Source: Heterodontus francisci (lineage: Eukaryota). From it: a stretch of 64,000 nt of DNA. The stretch lies in NCBI RefSeq assembly GCF_036365525.1, contig NC_090371.1:36315387-36379386 (forward strand), read 5' to 3'. Under the pieces are notes generated by a model. That model was not told where the DNA came from. It saw only the letters and a program-made list of their open reading frames with translations, and searched no databases. Positions 63,232 to 64,000 of this stretch are shown here, piece by piece. The stretch's first letter is position 1. Every line of letters begins with the position of its first letter. Position numbers and translations under genes: made by a program.

Positions 63232-64000
63232 AGCGGTAGCAGTGAGAGTGCGAGCCAGGGGGCAGCTGGGAAGGTAAGTTTCACTATAAAATACTTACCT
63301 CCTGATTCGGCGGACACGGACACGGGGACTGCTGGGTAAGTGAACTTATATATTCGGGCAGTGGCTAAACCCGAAACACTACACCTGTAGTGTCTCCCAC
63401 CCATCCTCCTCCTCTAACCAAAAAAAAAGGACTGTTGTGTGGAGGGTTTGGTAAGGGAAGGTTTCCCTTTATTTTTACTTAATCTCTGTGTCAATTTAGA
63501 GCCGAGGGGATGGAAGCTAGGGCAGTTGCATGCTCCTCTTGCAGGATGTGGGAGGTAAGGGTCACCACTGGTGTCCCTGCTGTGAGAAGTGCACCCAACT
63601 CCAGCTCCTCACAGACCGCGTTAGGGAACTGGAGCTGGCTGAACTTCGGATCATTCAGGCGGCTGAGGGGGTGATAGAGAGCAGTTATAGAGAGGTAGTG
63701 ACACCTAAGTTACAGGATAGAGGTAGCTGGGTGACCGTCAGGGGAGGGAAAGGGAATAGACGCACAGTGCAGGGATCCCCTGTGGCCATTCCCCTCAATA
63801 ATAAGTATACTGTTTTGGATACGGTTGGGGGGGACGACCTACCAGGGGAAAGCTACAGCGGCCAGGTCTCTGGCACTGAGCCTGGCTCTGTGGCTCAGAA
63901 GGGAAGGGGGGAGAATAGGAGAGCGATAGTGATAGGAGATTCAATGGTTAGAGGAACAGACAGGAGATTCTGTGGTCGCGAACGAGACTCCCGGATGGTA
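63232..64000 (+). mobile_element. CR1 LINE 5' end (5' UTR plus degenerate ORF1), runs off the window
   Basis: 5' UTR similar to 4056-4440; VACSSCRMWE and VIGDSMVRGTDRRFCG. Confidence 0.88.

Noticed and set aside
1-64000. CRISPR arrays or prokaryotic/phage systems
   Set aside because: No regularly spaced repeat-spacer array; spliced eukaryotic gene in a retroelement landscape

Overview
Repeat-rich vertebrate genomic DNA. The HE1-type V-SINEs, DeuSINE-like relics, CR1, RTE and Penelope elements point to a cartilaginous fish (shark); this is inferred from the repeat content. The one complete host gene is a six-coding-exon CD8 alpha gene on the + strand (ATG 22804 to TAA 31218, 219 aa): leader, IgV, Thr/Pro stalk, IWAPL transmembrane segment and an RRRRCQH tail. 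Downstream is a second intact, in-phase set of CD8-type exons: stalk 41743-41850, TM 46608-46706, CxH tail 46804-46840 and a probable last exon at 61427. I find no leader or V exon for it anywhere in the window. It is therefore either an alternative C-terminal cassette sharing the CD8A V exon, a CD8B-like gene with CD8A nested in its intron, or a headless duplicate. Mobile DNA includes a Penelope-like GIY-YIG element and about ten short derivatives carrying minimal hammerhead ribozyme cores with stem II covariation. Two of these flank the second stalk exon as an inverted pair. There is also an intact 1063-aa RTE LINE, a single-ORF LINE with a tRNA-like Pol III head shared with a SINE, and many nested CR1 copies. 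All exon calls were made by eye from splice signals and translation, without expression data.
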